From NCBI GenBank assembly GCA_963695225.1, contig OY968762.1:608001-672000 (forward strand): DNA of 64,000 nt, in the 5' to 3' direction. Made by a program: the position numbers and the translations under genes. Origin of the DNA: Vulcanimicrobiota bacterium (GTDB lineage: Bacteria; Vulcanimicrobiota; Vulcanimicrobiia; Vulcanimicrobiales; Vulcanimicrobiaceae). Of this stretch, positions 1-9,906 are shown piece after piece (position 1 is the stretch's first letter; every line of letters starts with the position of its first letter). The notes below the pieces were generated by a model. The model did no database searches. It was not told the origin of the DNA and saw only the letters and a list, made by a program, of their open reading frames with translations.

Positions 1-91
1 ATCCGGCCACGGAACGTGGAGACTTGCCGGGGTTTCGCGAAATCCTTCGAACGGACCGCTTCATCACTTTCGAACGAGTTGGAGCTTTGAA

Positions 92-1948
92 TTGAAACGA
101 CCGTTTCTCGCGACGCTGCTGGCCGCCGTCGTCTGGCTGGCCGCAGGGGCCGGCCGCGCCGAGGCAGCGCACGACGAGACGATCGGATTCCCTCAGCTCG
201 GTTACCGCGAGGCGGTGACGCTGAACGGAGTCTACCCCACGTTCACGCTCAACCTGCCGCGGTTCTCCTCGATGCAGAAGGCGACGCTGCTGCTGACGTT
301 GCACGTCTCGCCCCTCGTGAACGAGAGTTCCTCGTTCACGGTCCTCGTCAACGACACGCCCGTCTTCGCGCGGTTCGTGCGAGATATCGGGCGCGATCCG
401 CACCTCGAGATTCCGCTTCCGATCGAGCCGTCGCATACGCGGAACCTGGCGATCGGCATTCACGGATACCTCACGATGACGAACGACATCTGCGCCGACC
501 TCCAGGCGAAAGGGCTCTACGTCACGATCGACCCGGCGAGCGCGATCCGCGTTCGCGTCGACGACGCCAATCCCGCGATCTCCGACTTCTTTCGCTCCTA
601 CGGAGGCCGAATCGGCGTCGTCGCGCGGACGGACTCGCTCGATACCCCGAATCTCGACGTCGTCGCTCTTCCGTATTTCATCCGGCAGATCGAGGCCTGG
701 CATCAGCCGGCGATCGAGCTCGTCGGCGCCCCGGACCCCGCGCGTCGAACGATCGTCTTGCGGCCCGGGACGACCTCGATCGACCGTGCTCGTTCGGTCC
801 TCTCGATCGACCCGAGCGCGATCGGTTCCCTGACCCCGCGCACCGTCGACGCGCTGCTCGGAAGTTCGGCGAAGAACGTGACTTCGGCGGCCGATGCGCG
901 CGACGTGCCGGCAGGGCGTCAGGCGGCGATCGGCGACTTCGGCCTGCATCCGCCGACGCTCTCCGGTTTCGGCGACCTCGTCTATGAAGCTCCGCTCTAT
1001 GCGAACTCGTTCGGCGGGACGCCGAAGGGCTTGGTCCTGCATCTCTTGCTCTCGCACACGCCGCTGCTCGCAAACACGACGGGGATGCTGCAGGTGCAGC
1101 TCAACGGGCGCCTGGTCGCCGCGCGGGAACTCGGGCGGGCCGGAGGGACGGAGACGCTCGATGCTCCTCTCCCGGCCAACCTGCTGTCGAGCGTGAGCAG
1201 CCTGCGCGTCGTCGTCTCGTATTACATCGGGCAGGGCTCGTGCCGCGGCAGTTCGCCCTCGCTCACGGCGAGCATCCTCGACGGCTCCTCGCTCGCCTGG
1301 GATTCCGTGGACACGACGGTCTCCGGGCTGTCGGATTTCGTGAAGTCGATGGGAGGACGGGTCGTCGTCCTCGTCGCCGATCCGCGCTTCATACCGGCGG
1401 CGTTCCGGTTCATGAGCGAGCTCGGGACGCTCAACTCCGGCATCGGCGACGTCAGCGTCGCACGCTTCACCGGAACCGTTCCCTCCGGCTACGACTACGC
1501 GATCCTCTTCGCGCCGCCCGCGGCGCTCGGCGACGCGCCGCTCGCCGTGCGCCCGACGAACGAACGTTTCCGCGTCGTCAACCCGCAGACCGGCCGCGAG
1601 ATATTCTCGGCAACGGAAGACCGCCCGTTCGCGACGATTCAGACCGCGCGAATCGGCGGAACCGAGGCGCTCGTCTTCTCATATTACCGCGATCCCGCGG
1701 CGATCGCACGGCTCGAGAACCTCGCGATCGGCGATCTTCTCACGCAGACGGGGAACGTCGCATTCGTCGGCGACAACGTCGTCGGCTACAGCATCGGTCC
1801 CCGCATGCGCGTCGTCTACGCGCAACGGACCGCAGCCGAGCTGCTCTGGGAACGTGCCCGGCTGCCCCTGCTGCTGCTGCTCGTCGCCCTCGTCCTGATC
1901 GGGACGCTCTTCGCTTCGCGCCGCTTGACGGGTCGAATCGAACCGTGA
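92..1948 (+). CDS. BcsB-like periplasmic polysaccharide co-polymerase/regulatory subunit
   Basis: Signal peptide (AEA-AH), two repeated beta-rich modules containing VLVND and VQLNG, C-terminal TM anchor; directly upstream of a GT2 synthase; TTG start. Confidence 0.65.
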   Translation: MKRPFLATLLAAVVWLAAGAGRAEAAHDETIGFPQLGYREAVTLNGVYPTFTLNLPRFSSMQKATLLLTLHVSPLVNESSSFTVLVNDTPVFARFVRDIGRDPHLEIPLPIEPSHTRNLAIGIHGYLTMTNDICADLQAKGLYVTIDPASAIRVRVDDANPAISDFFRSYGGRIGVVARTDSLDTPNLDVVALPYFIRQIEAWHQPAIELVGAPDPARRTIVLRPGTTSIDRARSVLSIDPSAIGSLTPRTVDALLGSSAKNVTSAADARDVPAGRQAAIGDFGLHPPTLSGFGDLVYEAPLYANSFGGTPKGLVLHLLLSHTPLLANTTGMLQVQLNGRLVAARELGRAGGTETLDAPLPANLLSSVSSLRVVVSYYIGQGSCRGSSPSLTASILDGSSLAWDSVDTTVSGLSDFVKSMGGRVVVLVADPRFIPAAFRFMSELGTLNSGIGDVSVARFTGTVPSGYDYAILFAPPAALGDAPLAVRPTNERFRVVNPQTGREIFSATEDRPFATIQTARIGGTEALVFSYYRDPAAIARLENLAIGDLLTQTGNVAFVGDNVVGYSIGPRMRVVYAQRTAAELLWERARLPLLLLLVALVLIGTLFASRRLTGRIEP

Positions 1949-3831
1949 GCGTCGACGCCGGCGTCGTCGAGCGGCTCATCGAGAGGGGCCTCGTCACGCC
2001 GGACGAGCTGGCGGCGGCCGAGGCGGTGCGCCGCCGCTCCGGCGGAGAGCTGGGCTGGATCCTCGCCTCGCAAGGCGTGGTGACGCGACGCGAGTATTTC
2101 CGGGCGCTCGGCGCTTCGCTCGGCTTGCAGCTCGTCGAAGATATCGAGGAGATGCGGCGCCGGATCGATCTCGATCTGCTCGAAGGCCTCTCGTACGAGG
2201 ACGTGCTGCGCTACGAGTTCGTCCCGCTGGCGCGCACGCCGGGCGGCGGCATCTCGGTCGCGACGCCGCGCCCGAACGACGCCGCGATGCTCGCTTTCGT
2301 TCGCGAGCGCTACGGGGTCGAGGACGTCGAGCAGTCGCTCGTGACCGATCTCGATCTCACCATCATCACGTCGCGGACGTTCCGCGACATCTTGGTGGAA
2401 GACGCCGTCATGAAGAACTTCAGGCGCGATCCGGAACAGAGCGCGCGCAGCGTCTTCACCAAGACGCAGCTCCTGTTCGTGGCGGTCGTCTTCGTGGGTC
2501 TGATCCTCTGGACGTATTTCGATCCGCTGCCGTGCCTCGCGCTCGTCAGCGGCGGGCTTCAGCTCTTCTACATCTCCTCGATCGCGTTCAAGGTCTTCTT
2601 GAGCATCGCCGGGGCGACGAACGAGATCCGCCAGCCCGTCTCGCAAGCGGAGATCGACCACCTCGACGAGCTGGATCTGCCGGTGTATTCGGTGCTCGTC
2701 CCGCTTTACAAGGAGCCGGAGACCGTCGGCCAACTCGTGACGGGCCTCTCGAAGCTCGACTACCCCCAGGACAGGCTCGACGTCTTGTTGTTGTTCGAAG
2801 AGGACGATCTCATGACGCTCGAGGCCGCGAAGGCCTCCCGCCCGCCCGCGAACTGGCGCTTCGTGATCGTCCCCAATCGGCAGCCCCGCACGAAGCCGAA
2901 GGCTTGCAACTACGGCCTGTTCTTCGCTCGCGGCGAGTATCTCGTGATCTACGACGCCGAGGACATCCCCGATCCCGCGCAGTTGAAGATGGCGGTGATC
3001 GCGTTCCGCAAGAACCCGAGCAACTACGTCTGCTTCCAGGCGGCGCTGAATTACTTCAACAGCTCCGAGAACCTGCTCACGCGGATGTTCACGCTCGAGT
3101 ACTCGTACTGGTTCGATTATCTGATCCCGGGGCTCGACCGGCTCGGGCTTCCGATTCCGCTCGGCGGCACGAGCAATCACTTCGATGCCGCGAAACTCCG
3201 CTTGCTCGGCGGCTGGGACCCGTTCAACACGACCGAGGATGCCGACCTCGGAATCCGCGCCGCGGCGCAGCGCTATCGCGTCGGCTTCATCAACTCGACG
3301 ACCTACGAAGAGGCGAACAGCGCCCTCGACAACTGGATTCGGCAGCGATCGCGTTGGGTCAAAGGCTACATGCAGACGTTCCTCGTCTACTGGCGGCGGC
3401 CGCTCGGCTTGATCCAGCAAATCGGGTTGCGCGACTTCCTCGCCTTCAATCTCTTCATCGGGGGGACGCCGGCGACGTTTCTGGCGGCGCCTCCGCTGTG
3501 GGGGATATTCCTCCTCTGGCTCTTCACGCGCTCCACGCTGATCGAGCCGCTGTTCCCGGATTGGGTGCTCTACGTCGCGCTCTTGAATCTGCTCCTCGGG
3601 AACTTCCTGGGTATCTATCTCAATATGATCGCCGTCTATCTCCGCAAGAACTACGCGCTGCTGCCGTACTCGCTCTTGAATCCGTTCTACTGGATCCTCC
3701 ACTCGTTCGCGGCCTACAAGGCCCTGTGGCAGCTCTTCACCAAGCCGTTCTACTGGGAGAAGACGCGGCACGGCCTCTCGCGCGTCCGGCCGCGTAGCGC
3801 CCCCGAAGAGCGCATGGCGGCAGGCTCGTGA
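1945..3831 (+). CDS. Processive GT2 glycosyltransferase with N-terminal MshEN/GspE_N-like domain
   Basis: GTG start overlaps upstream TGA; motifs YDAED, TEDAD, QRSRW; TM helices flank the catalytic domain; N-terminus LIERGLVTPDEL...ELGWILASQGVV. Confidence 0.85.
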   Translation: MSVDAGVVERLIERGLVTPDELAAAEAVRRRSGGELGWILASQGVVTRREYFRALGASLGLQLVEDIEEMRRRIDLDLLEGLSYEDVLRYEFVPLARTPGGGISVATPRPNDAAMLAFVRERYGVEDVEQSLVTDLDLTIITSRTFRDILVEDAVMKNFRRDPEQSARSVFTKTQLLFVAVVFVGLILWTYFDPLPCLALVSGGLQLFYISSIAFKVFLSIAGATNEIRQPVSQAEIDHLDELDLPVYSVLVPLYKEPETVGQLVTGLSKLDYPQDRLDVLLLFEEDDLMTLEAAKASRPPANWRFVIVPNRQPRTKPKACNYGLFFARGEYLVIYDAEDIPDPAQLKMAVIAFRKNPSNYVCFQAALNYFNSSENLLTRMFTLEYSYWFDYLIPGLDRLGLPIPLGGTSNHFDAAKLRLLGGWDPFNTTEDADLGIRAAAQRYRVGFINSTTYEEANSALDNWIRQRSRWVKGYMQTFLVYWRRPLGLIQQIGLRDFLAFNLFIGGTPATFLAAPPLWGIFLLWLFTRSTLIEPLFPDWVLYVALLNLLLGNFLGIYLNMIAVYLRKNYALLPYSLLNPFYWILHSFAAYKALWQLFTKPFYWEKTRHGLSRVRPRSAPEERMAAGS

Positions 3832-4580
3832 GCGGGGAGGCGCGGCGCGGCGGGCACGTGCTCGTGGTCGACGACGACCCGGACGTGCGGCGTCTCGTCC
3901 GGCTCGTGCTCGAAAACGCCGGGTTCGCCGTCTCCGAAATTCCGGACGGCCGCCTCGCCGTCGGCGAGGCTTCGCGCTTGCGGCCGGACTTGATCTTGAT
4001 CGATTGGGTCATGGCGGACCTCGACGGATGCGCCGCGACCGCGCAGCTCAAGCGCGACCCGAGGACCGCGCAAATTCCCGTCGTGATGATGAGCGCCAAG
4101 CTCAACGCGGCCGACAAGATCGACGCGCTCGCGGCCGGAGTCGGCGATTTCGTCGATAAGCCGTTTCATGCCGCCGACCTGCTCGCGAAGGTGCGCCACC
4201 ACGTCCGGCAGCGGCGTCAGGGCGAGCCGGAGCCGGCGTCCGGCACGGCCCCCACTCCCGGGGCTGCGCTGGATCTCGATGACCTCACGGCCGCCGCGGA
4301 CGCCGCGGCGGCTCGCAAGGACTACGACGCGGCCGCCAAGTCCTATTCGCTCGCGGCGGAGGCGGCTGTCGGCGGCGGCGATTCGGACCTCGGGAACAAG
4401 CTCTTGCGGCTCGCCGGAAAGATGCGCCTGCTGCAAGCCGAGGCGTGCGCCGATCCCCAGAGCATGCACGATGCGTACCGCGCCGCCGCGCGCTTCTTCC
4501 TCGCCGCCGGGAACCTCTCGCTCGCAACGCAGGCGAACGCCGCCGCGAAAGCCGCGCTCGGTCGAGTGCCGCCCGCATGA
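3828..4580 (+). CDS. Response regulator (REC) with helical TPR-like C-terminal domain
   Basis: VLVVDDD, LILIDWVM, MSA, KPF receiver motifs; GTGA overlap with upstream gene. Confidence 0.85.
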   Translation: MSGEARRGGHVLVVDDDPDVRRLVRLVLENAGFAVSEIPDGRLAVGEASRLRPDLILIDWVMADLDGCAATAQLKRDPRTAQIPVVMMSAKLNAADKIDALAAGVGDFVDKPFHAADLLAKVRHHVRQRRQGEPEPASGTAPTPGAALDLDDLTAAADAAAARKDYDAAAKSYSLAAEAAVGGGDSDLGNKLLRLAGKMRLLQAEACADPQSMHDAYRAAARFFLAAGNLSLATQANAAAKAALGRVPPA

Positions 4581-6439
4581 ACGCGGCCGGCCCGCGCGTC
4601 GGAAACCTGATGGAGGCGCTCTCGCTGCGCCCCCGGTTCCTCGTCGGGCTCGGGCTCGTCGCGGCGCTCGCGATCGCGCAGTACCTGCTCCTGACGCACG
4701 CGATCTCGGAGCAGCAGCAGATCGGAACCGCGCTGAACGCGGCGGGCTTCCAGCGCTCGCTCGTCCAGCGCGTCGCGCTCTATGCGGGCCGGCTCGCCGA
4801 TCCCGCGCCGCAGACGAACCAAGAAGCGGACCGCCGCGCTCTCCTCGCCGCGGTCGACTTGCTGGAACGCCGCAACCAGCAGTTGATCAACGGCGAGTCC
4901 GAACTGAATCCGCAAGGTTGGCCGCCCGCCTCCGTCCGCCGCATCTTCTTCGAACAGCAGCCGCCGCTCGAACGCGAACTCGGCGCATTCATCGCGAAGG
5001 CACGCCGCCTCGCAGCGCTTCCCGACGACCGCGTTTCCCTCGACCGCGAGGACCTCGCGGGCGTCATCGGGCCGCAGGAAAGCCTGTTGGAGGCGCTCGA
5101 TCGCGTCGTCGCGGCGTATCTCGAAGACGCCGCGTACCGGAACGATCGGCTCTATTCGATCGAGCGCGCGACGTTCGCGGCGCTGCTCATCACGCTGATC
5201 GGCGTGTTCTACATCCTCTTCCGGCCGGTCGAGGGGAAGATCGCCGAACAGCGCGCCGAGCTCGTTCACGAAAACGACAGCCTCACGAACGTCGTGCGCA
5301 GCTCGCGCGCGTTGGTCGAGTCGCTCTCCTACGAGTCGCTCGTCGCGCGCTTCGTCGAAGGCGCGACGCGGATCCTCGGCGTGGACGCGCTGCCGATCCG
5401 CAGCTCCGAGCTCGATCTCGTCGAAGCACCGGGCTCCATTCCCTTCGAGCGCCTCTCGTCGTCGGAGCGCGCGCTCGTGCGCGACGCCTCGCGCGCGGGC
5501 GGCTTGCGCGCGAACGCGGACGCCACGCTCGTCGCGCATGCGATCGCGCTCCCTCCTGCGGAGCGCCGCCTCGCGATCGTCGCGCGCAGCGCGACGCCGA
5601 TCCCGCGCAGCGACCTAACCGCTCTCGAGTTCTTCGGCTCGTACTTGATGCTGGCGGCGCGGAACGCCTCGCTGTTCGGCGACCTGCGCGACCGCGAAGC
5701 GCGCATCGCGGAACTCGACAAGCTCAAGAGCGACCTGATCGCGATGCTCGCTCACGACTTCCGCGGATCGCTCACGACGATCATCGGATACGCGGAGCTC
5801 CTCAAAGAGGGCTTGCTCGCCGGCGACGAGGTCGTGCCGGCGGCGCAGACGATCGAAAGCGCCGCGTGGCGTCTGACGCACCTCGCCTCCGACACGCTGA
5901 CGATGTCGCAGCTGGAACGGAACGAAATCGCGCTCAATCGCGCGCCCGCCGATCTCGTCGAACTCCTCGCCGCAGCGATTCACGGCGTCCATCAGCCCGA
6001 ACGCGTCACGCTCCATTGCGAGGAACCTTCGCTCGAAGTCGACTGCGATGCGCGCCGGATCCATCAAGTCGTCGAAAATCTGATCGGCAACGCGGTGAAA
6101 TACTCCGGCCCCGCCGGCCCCGTCGACGTCACGCTCTCGCGCAACGGCGACTGGGCCAAGATCGAGATCGCCGATCGCGGGATCGGCATCCCGAAGGCCG
6201 ACCTCCAGCGCGTCTTCGAGCGCTTTGCACGAGCGGACAACGCCAAGAAGGCCGGGATCAAAGGGACGGGTTTCGGCCTCTATCTCAGCCGGATGCTCGT
6301 CGAGTTGCACGGCGGAAAGATCGGTGTGGAGAGCGAGGAAGGGCGCGGCAGCACGTTCACGCTCTTGCTTCCGGTCGGGACTGCGGGGCAGGCTGCGTCC
6401 ACGCTCGCCGGGCAACTCCCGGCGAACGACCCACGCTAG
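4577..6439 (+). CDS. Membrane sensor histidine kinase (PilJ/NarX-like sensor, GAF-like, HisKA, HATPase)
   Basis: LNAAGFQRSLVQR sensor box between TMs; AHDFRGSLTTI H-box; NLIGNAVKYS, DRGIGIP, GTGFGL; ATGA overlap. Confidence 0.9.
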   Translation: MNAAGPRVGNLMEALSLRPRFLVGLGLVAALAIAQYLLLTHAISEQQQIGTALNAAGFQRSLVQRVALYAGRLADPAPQTNQEADRRALLAAVDLLERRNQQLINGESELNPQGWPPASVRRIFFEQQPPLERELGAFIAKARRLAALPDDRVSLDREDLAGVIGPQESLLEALDRVVAAYLEDAAYRNDRLYSIERATFAALLITLIGVFYILFRPVEGKIAEQRAELVHENDSLTNVVRSSRALVESLSYESLVARFVEGATRILGVDALPIRSSELDLVEAPGSIPFERLSSSERALVRDASRAGGLRANADATLVAHAIALPPAERRLAIVARSATPIPRSDLTALEFFGSYLMLAARNASLFGDLRDREARIAELDKLKSDLIAMLAHDFRGSLTTIIGYAELLKEGLLAGDEVVPAAQTIESAAWRLTHLASDTLTMSQLERNEIALNRAPADLVELLAAAIHGVHQPERVTLHCEEPSLEVDCDARRIHQVVENLIGNAVKYSGPAGPVDVTLSRNGDWAKIEIADRGIGIPKADLQRVFERFARADNAKKAGIKGTGFGLYLSRMLVELHGGKIGVESEEGRGSTFTLLLPVGTAGQAASTLAGQLPANDPR

Positions 6440-6451
6440 GTTTCCTCGCGC

Positions 6452-8842
6452 TCAGGGATCGACGTTGACGATCAGGCGCGTCGCGCGGTCGCGCCGCGCG
6501 AGCGGCTGGAGCGTCTCGGCGACGTATGCGGCGACCGGTTCGGCGCGTTCGCTCTTGACGGCGATCCGATAGCGCCATTCGCCGTTCACGCGCGCGACCG
6601 CGAACGGAGCGGGGCCGAGGACTTCCGCTGCGACGTCGCGTCGTAAATCGGCCGCGTACCGCGCCGCGGCGCTCTTGACCGCGTCGAGCGCGCGGCCGAC
6701 GACCGCGATGTAGACGAGCGCGCCGAAGGGCGGATAGCGCAACGCCCTGCGGCTCGCGAGTTCGTCCCTCGCGAACGTCTCGTAATCGTGCGCGGCGGCC
6801 GCGACGATCGCGGCATGCTCCGGCGAATACGTCTGGAGGATCGTCTCCCCCGCGAGAGCGCGCCCGCTCCGTCCCGATACTTGCGTGAGCAGATCGAAGG
6901 TCCGTTCGGAGGCGCGAAAATCGGGGACATGGAGGCCGATGTCGGCCGCCACGACGCCGACGAGCGTGACGGTCGGGAAATCGAGGCCCTTCGCGACCAT
7001 TTGCGTCCCGACCAGGACGTCGCCGCTCCCCGCGAACTCATCGAGCAGGCGCGCGTGATCGCCGACGCGCGTCGTCGTGTCGCTGTCCATGCGCACGATC
7101 GTTGCGCCCGGAAAGAGATCTTGCGCCGCCGCGACGACGCGCTGCGTCCCGACGCCGAATTCGCGGATCGTGTCGGCGCGGCAGCTCGGGCAGCGTGCCG
7201 GGAGCGGGCGCCGCCGGTCGCACAAGTGGCAGCGCAACAGGCCTTCGGCGCGATGGACCGTCAGCGAGACGCTGCAGCGGTCGCACTCCGGGACGAAGCC
7301 GCAGGTGCGGCAGAGCATGAAGGACGCGCTCCCGCGCCGGTTGACGAACAGCACCGCCTTCTCGCGGCGCGCTAGGCATGCGGAGAGCGCCTGCGTCAAC
7401 GCCGTGCTGAAGATTCCGCGGTTCCCCTCGGCGAGTTCGCGCTTGAGGTCGACGACGCGCGTCGGCGGGAGGGGCAGGCGCGTCGCACGTTCGCGCAGGC
7501 GCAGCAGCGCGATTTCCCCGGCGAGCGCCCGCGCGTACGCATCGAGCGGCGGCGTAGCGCTTCCCAGGACGAGCACGCCGCCCTCCAAGCGCATGCGTTC
7601 CCGCGCGACGGCGACCGCCTGATAGCGCGGCGTCCCGTCCTGCTTGTACGACCCCTCGTGCGCTTCGTCGACGACGATCAGCCGGACGTCCGGCAGCGGC
7701 GCGAAGACGGCGCTGCGCGCCCCCACGACGACGTCGATCTCGCCGCGGAGCGCCGCTAGCCACGTGTCGAGGCGCTCGCGCTCGGAGAGCGCGGAATGCA
7801 AGACGGCGACGCGCTCGCCGAACGCCCGCTCGAAGCGGCGCGCGGTCTGCGGCGTCAGCGAGATCTCCGGGACGAGCACGATCGCGCGCCCCCCTTCGGC
7901 GAGGACCGCTGCGATCGCCTCGAGATAGACGAGCGTCTTCCCGCTCCCCGTGATCCCGAACAGCAGCACTTCATCGAACGCGCGGCGCCGCGCGCGCTTG
8001 ACGATCTCCTCGATCGCGGCCTGCTGGTCCGCGGTCGGAGCGTGCTCGCGCTGCATCTCCCGGCGCGCCGGCGCGCGCGAGGCGGGGCGTACGCTCCGCT
8101 CGCGGAGCGCGCCGGCGGCGAGAGCGCGCGCGATCAGCCCGTTCGAGTATCCCGCGTGCCGCGCATCGGCGCGCCGCAGCGTGCCCGAAGCGCGAACGAG
8201 TTCGACGAGCGCGCTCGCGCGCGCGCCTCGGATCGGCGCCTCCCCGGGTTCGAGGACGCGTTCGGTCCGCTCGGCGACGGCCGGCGCGCGCATGCGCCGT
8301 TCCCGGACGAGGCACCCACCGCGCACGAGCGTCCCCAGCGCCTGCAGGAGCGTGCCGCGGTCCCCCGCGCGCCGCGCCTCCGGGTGGCGCAGCAGCGCCT
8401 CGACGGAGAAGCCGCCTGGGAAGTCCTCCCAGATCAACCGCACGAGCCGCGGCGGAACGGACGGGAAGCGCTCGGCCGGCGGCGCCACGCCGGCGAGGCG
8501 GACGCGCTCCTCGACGCGCGGCAACGCGTTCGCATGCACGACCGCCCCGAGCGCCTCGCCGAGGGAGCAGCAATAGTGCGCCGCGACCCAGCGCGCGAGC
8601 GCTAGCCCCGTCTCATCGAACGCGCGGTAATCGGCGACGATCGCCAAGACCGGGCGCAGGCGCCCGTCGTCGGGGACCGGGCGGGGCGCCTCGACGACGT
8701 AACCGTGCACCTCGCGCCCGCCGAGCGGGACGCGCACGACCGAGCCCACCACAAGGCCGAGTTCCGGCGGGGCGAGATAGCTCAGCGGCCGGTCGAACCG
8801 GCTCGTGCGCAAGCGTGCGAGGACGTCGACGGCAAGGATCAG
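6452..8842 (-). CDS. priA: Primosomal protein N' (replication restart helicase)
   Basis: GITGSGKT, VPEISLTPQ, DEAHE, four CxxC pairs, GTQMVAKGLDFP, QVSGRSGR; start uncertain (CTG 8842 or TTG 8812). Confidence 0.95.
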   Translation of the reverse strand: MILAVDVLARLRTSRFDRPLSYLAPPELGLVVGSVVRVPLGGREVHGYVVEAPRPVPDDGRLRPVLAIVADYRAFDETGLALARWVAAHYCCSLGEALGAVVHANALPRVEERVRLAGVAPPAERFPSVPPRLVRLIWEDFPGGFSVEALLRHPEARRAGDRGTLLQALGTLVRGGCLVRERRMRAPAVAERTERVLEPGEAPIRGARASALVELVRASGTLRRADARHAGYSNGLIARALAAGALRERSVRPASRAPARREMQREHAPTADQQAAIEEIVKRARRRAFDEVLLFGITGSGKTLVYLEAIAAVLAEGGRAIVLVPEISLTPQTARRFERAFGERVAVLHSALSERERLDTWLAALRGEIDVVVGARSAVFAPLPDVRLIVVDEAHEGSYKQDGTPRYQAVAVARERMRLEGGVLVLGSATPPLDAYARALAGEIALLRLRERATRLPLPPTRVVDLKRELAEGNRGIFSTALTQALSACLARREKAVLFVNRRGSASFMLCRTCGFVPECDRCSVSLTVHRAEGLLRCHLCDRRRPLPARCPSCRADTIREFGVGTQRVVAAAQDLFPGATIVRMDSDTTTRVGDHARLLDEFAGSGDVLVGTQMVAKGLDFPTVTLVGVVAADIGLHVPDFRASERTFDLLTQVSGRSGRALAGETILQTYSPEHAAIVAAAAHDYETFARDELASRRALRYPPFGALVYIAVVGRALDAVKSAAARYAADLRRDVAAEVLGPAPFAVARVNGEWRYRIAVKSERAEPVAAYVAETLQPLARRDRATRLIVNVDP

Positions 8843-9906
8843 CGGAACTCGGCGCTCCCCGGAGCTTCGTGCAAGCGATTCAAGACGGCGCGCACGCTCC
8901 GCTTCGGGACGGTGACGCCGAATTCGACGTCGCCGATCGCGCGCGGGAGCACGAAGCGCAGCGCCCCGTCGCGCGTCTTCTTGTCGCTGCTCATGGCCGC
9001 GAGAAGTCCGTCGACGTCGTCGCTCGGCGCGACGAGCGGCAGGCGCAGCAACGCGAGGAGCGAGAGGACGCGTAAGTGATCGGCTTGGGAGAAGCGCCCG
9101 GTCCGCAACGCGAGCAGCCCCGCCGCACGCAACCCGATCGCGACCGAGGCGCCGTGCGGGCTGCGGTACGCGCTCACGCGCTCGATCGCGTGCGCGAACG
9201 TGTGTCCGAGGTTGAGCACTTCGCGCGCACCGTTCTCGAGCTTGTCGTCGTTGACGACGGCCGCTTTGATCCGGACGGAATCGGCGACGATCGTCTCCCA
9301 CGGCCACTGCGCGAACGGATGCGGCGCGAGCGTCTCGAGCGAATGGAATGCGTCGCCGCCCTCGATGACGCCGTGCTTGACGACCTCGGCGAGGCCTTCG
9401 CGAATTTGCCGGTCCGGGAGCGTCGCGAGCGCGCCGACGTCGCAGAAGACCGCCCGTGGATCGCGAAACGCGCCGGCGAGGTTCTTGCCGGCGGCGAGAT
9501 CGATCCCGGTCTTCCCGCCGATCGACGCATCGACCATCGCAACGAGCGACGTCGCGACGTGCGCGTAGGGCACGCCGCGCATGTACGTCGCGGCGGCGAA
9601 GCCGAAGAGATCGCTCGCGACGCCGCCGCCGACGCCGAGCACCAGCGTCCGCCGTTCCGCCCCGAGTTCGGCGAGCTTCTCCCACAACGCGGCGAGCGTG
9701 CGCGCGTTCTTGCGCCGTTCGCCGAGCGGGACACAGACGAGCTGCGCGCGCAGCGAACGGGCGAGCGGTTTCGCGCGCGCTTCTAGGTTCCGGTCGGCGA
9801 GGACGACGATCTTGCCGTAGCCGCCGCTCCGCACGAAAGCCGCGACGTGCTCCCCGACGCGTTCGTCGATGACGACGGGATAGCCGAGGTCGTCGAAGCG
9901 CGTCAT
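8839..9906 (-). CDS. aroB: 3-dehydroquinate synthase
   Basis: GGGVASD, MVDASIGGKTG, LNLGHTFAHAIE, HGASVAIG. Confidence 0.95.
   Translation of the reverse strand: MTRFDDLGYPVVIDERVGEHVAAFVRSGGYGKIVVLADRNLEARAKPLARSLRAQLVCVPLGERRKNARTLAALWEKLAELGAERRTLVLGVGGGVASDLFGFAAATYMRGVPYAHVATSLVAMVDASIGGKTGIDLAAGKNLAGAFRDPRAVFCDVGALATLPDRQIREGLAEVVKHGVIEGGDAFHSLETLAPHPFAQWPWETIVADSVRIKAAVVNDDKLENGAREVLNLGHTFAHAIERVSAYRSPHGASVAIGLRAAGLLALRTGRFSQADHLRVLSLLALLRLPLVAPSDDVDGLLAAMSSDKKTRDGALRFVLPRAIGDVEFGVTVPKRSVRAVLNRLHEAPGSAEFR

Noticed and set aside
1240..1944. N-terminal extension of the GT2 ORF (likewise long extensions on priA, aroB, ftsZ, hisD, hisZ, dnaE, sorB)
   Set aside because: Arg-rich out-of-frame read-through of the upstream gene or leader; real starts sit at stop/start overlaps or RBS sites
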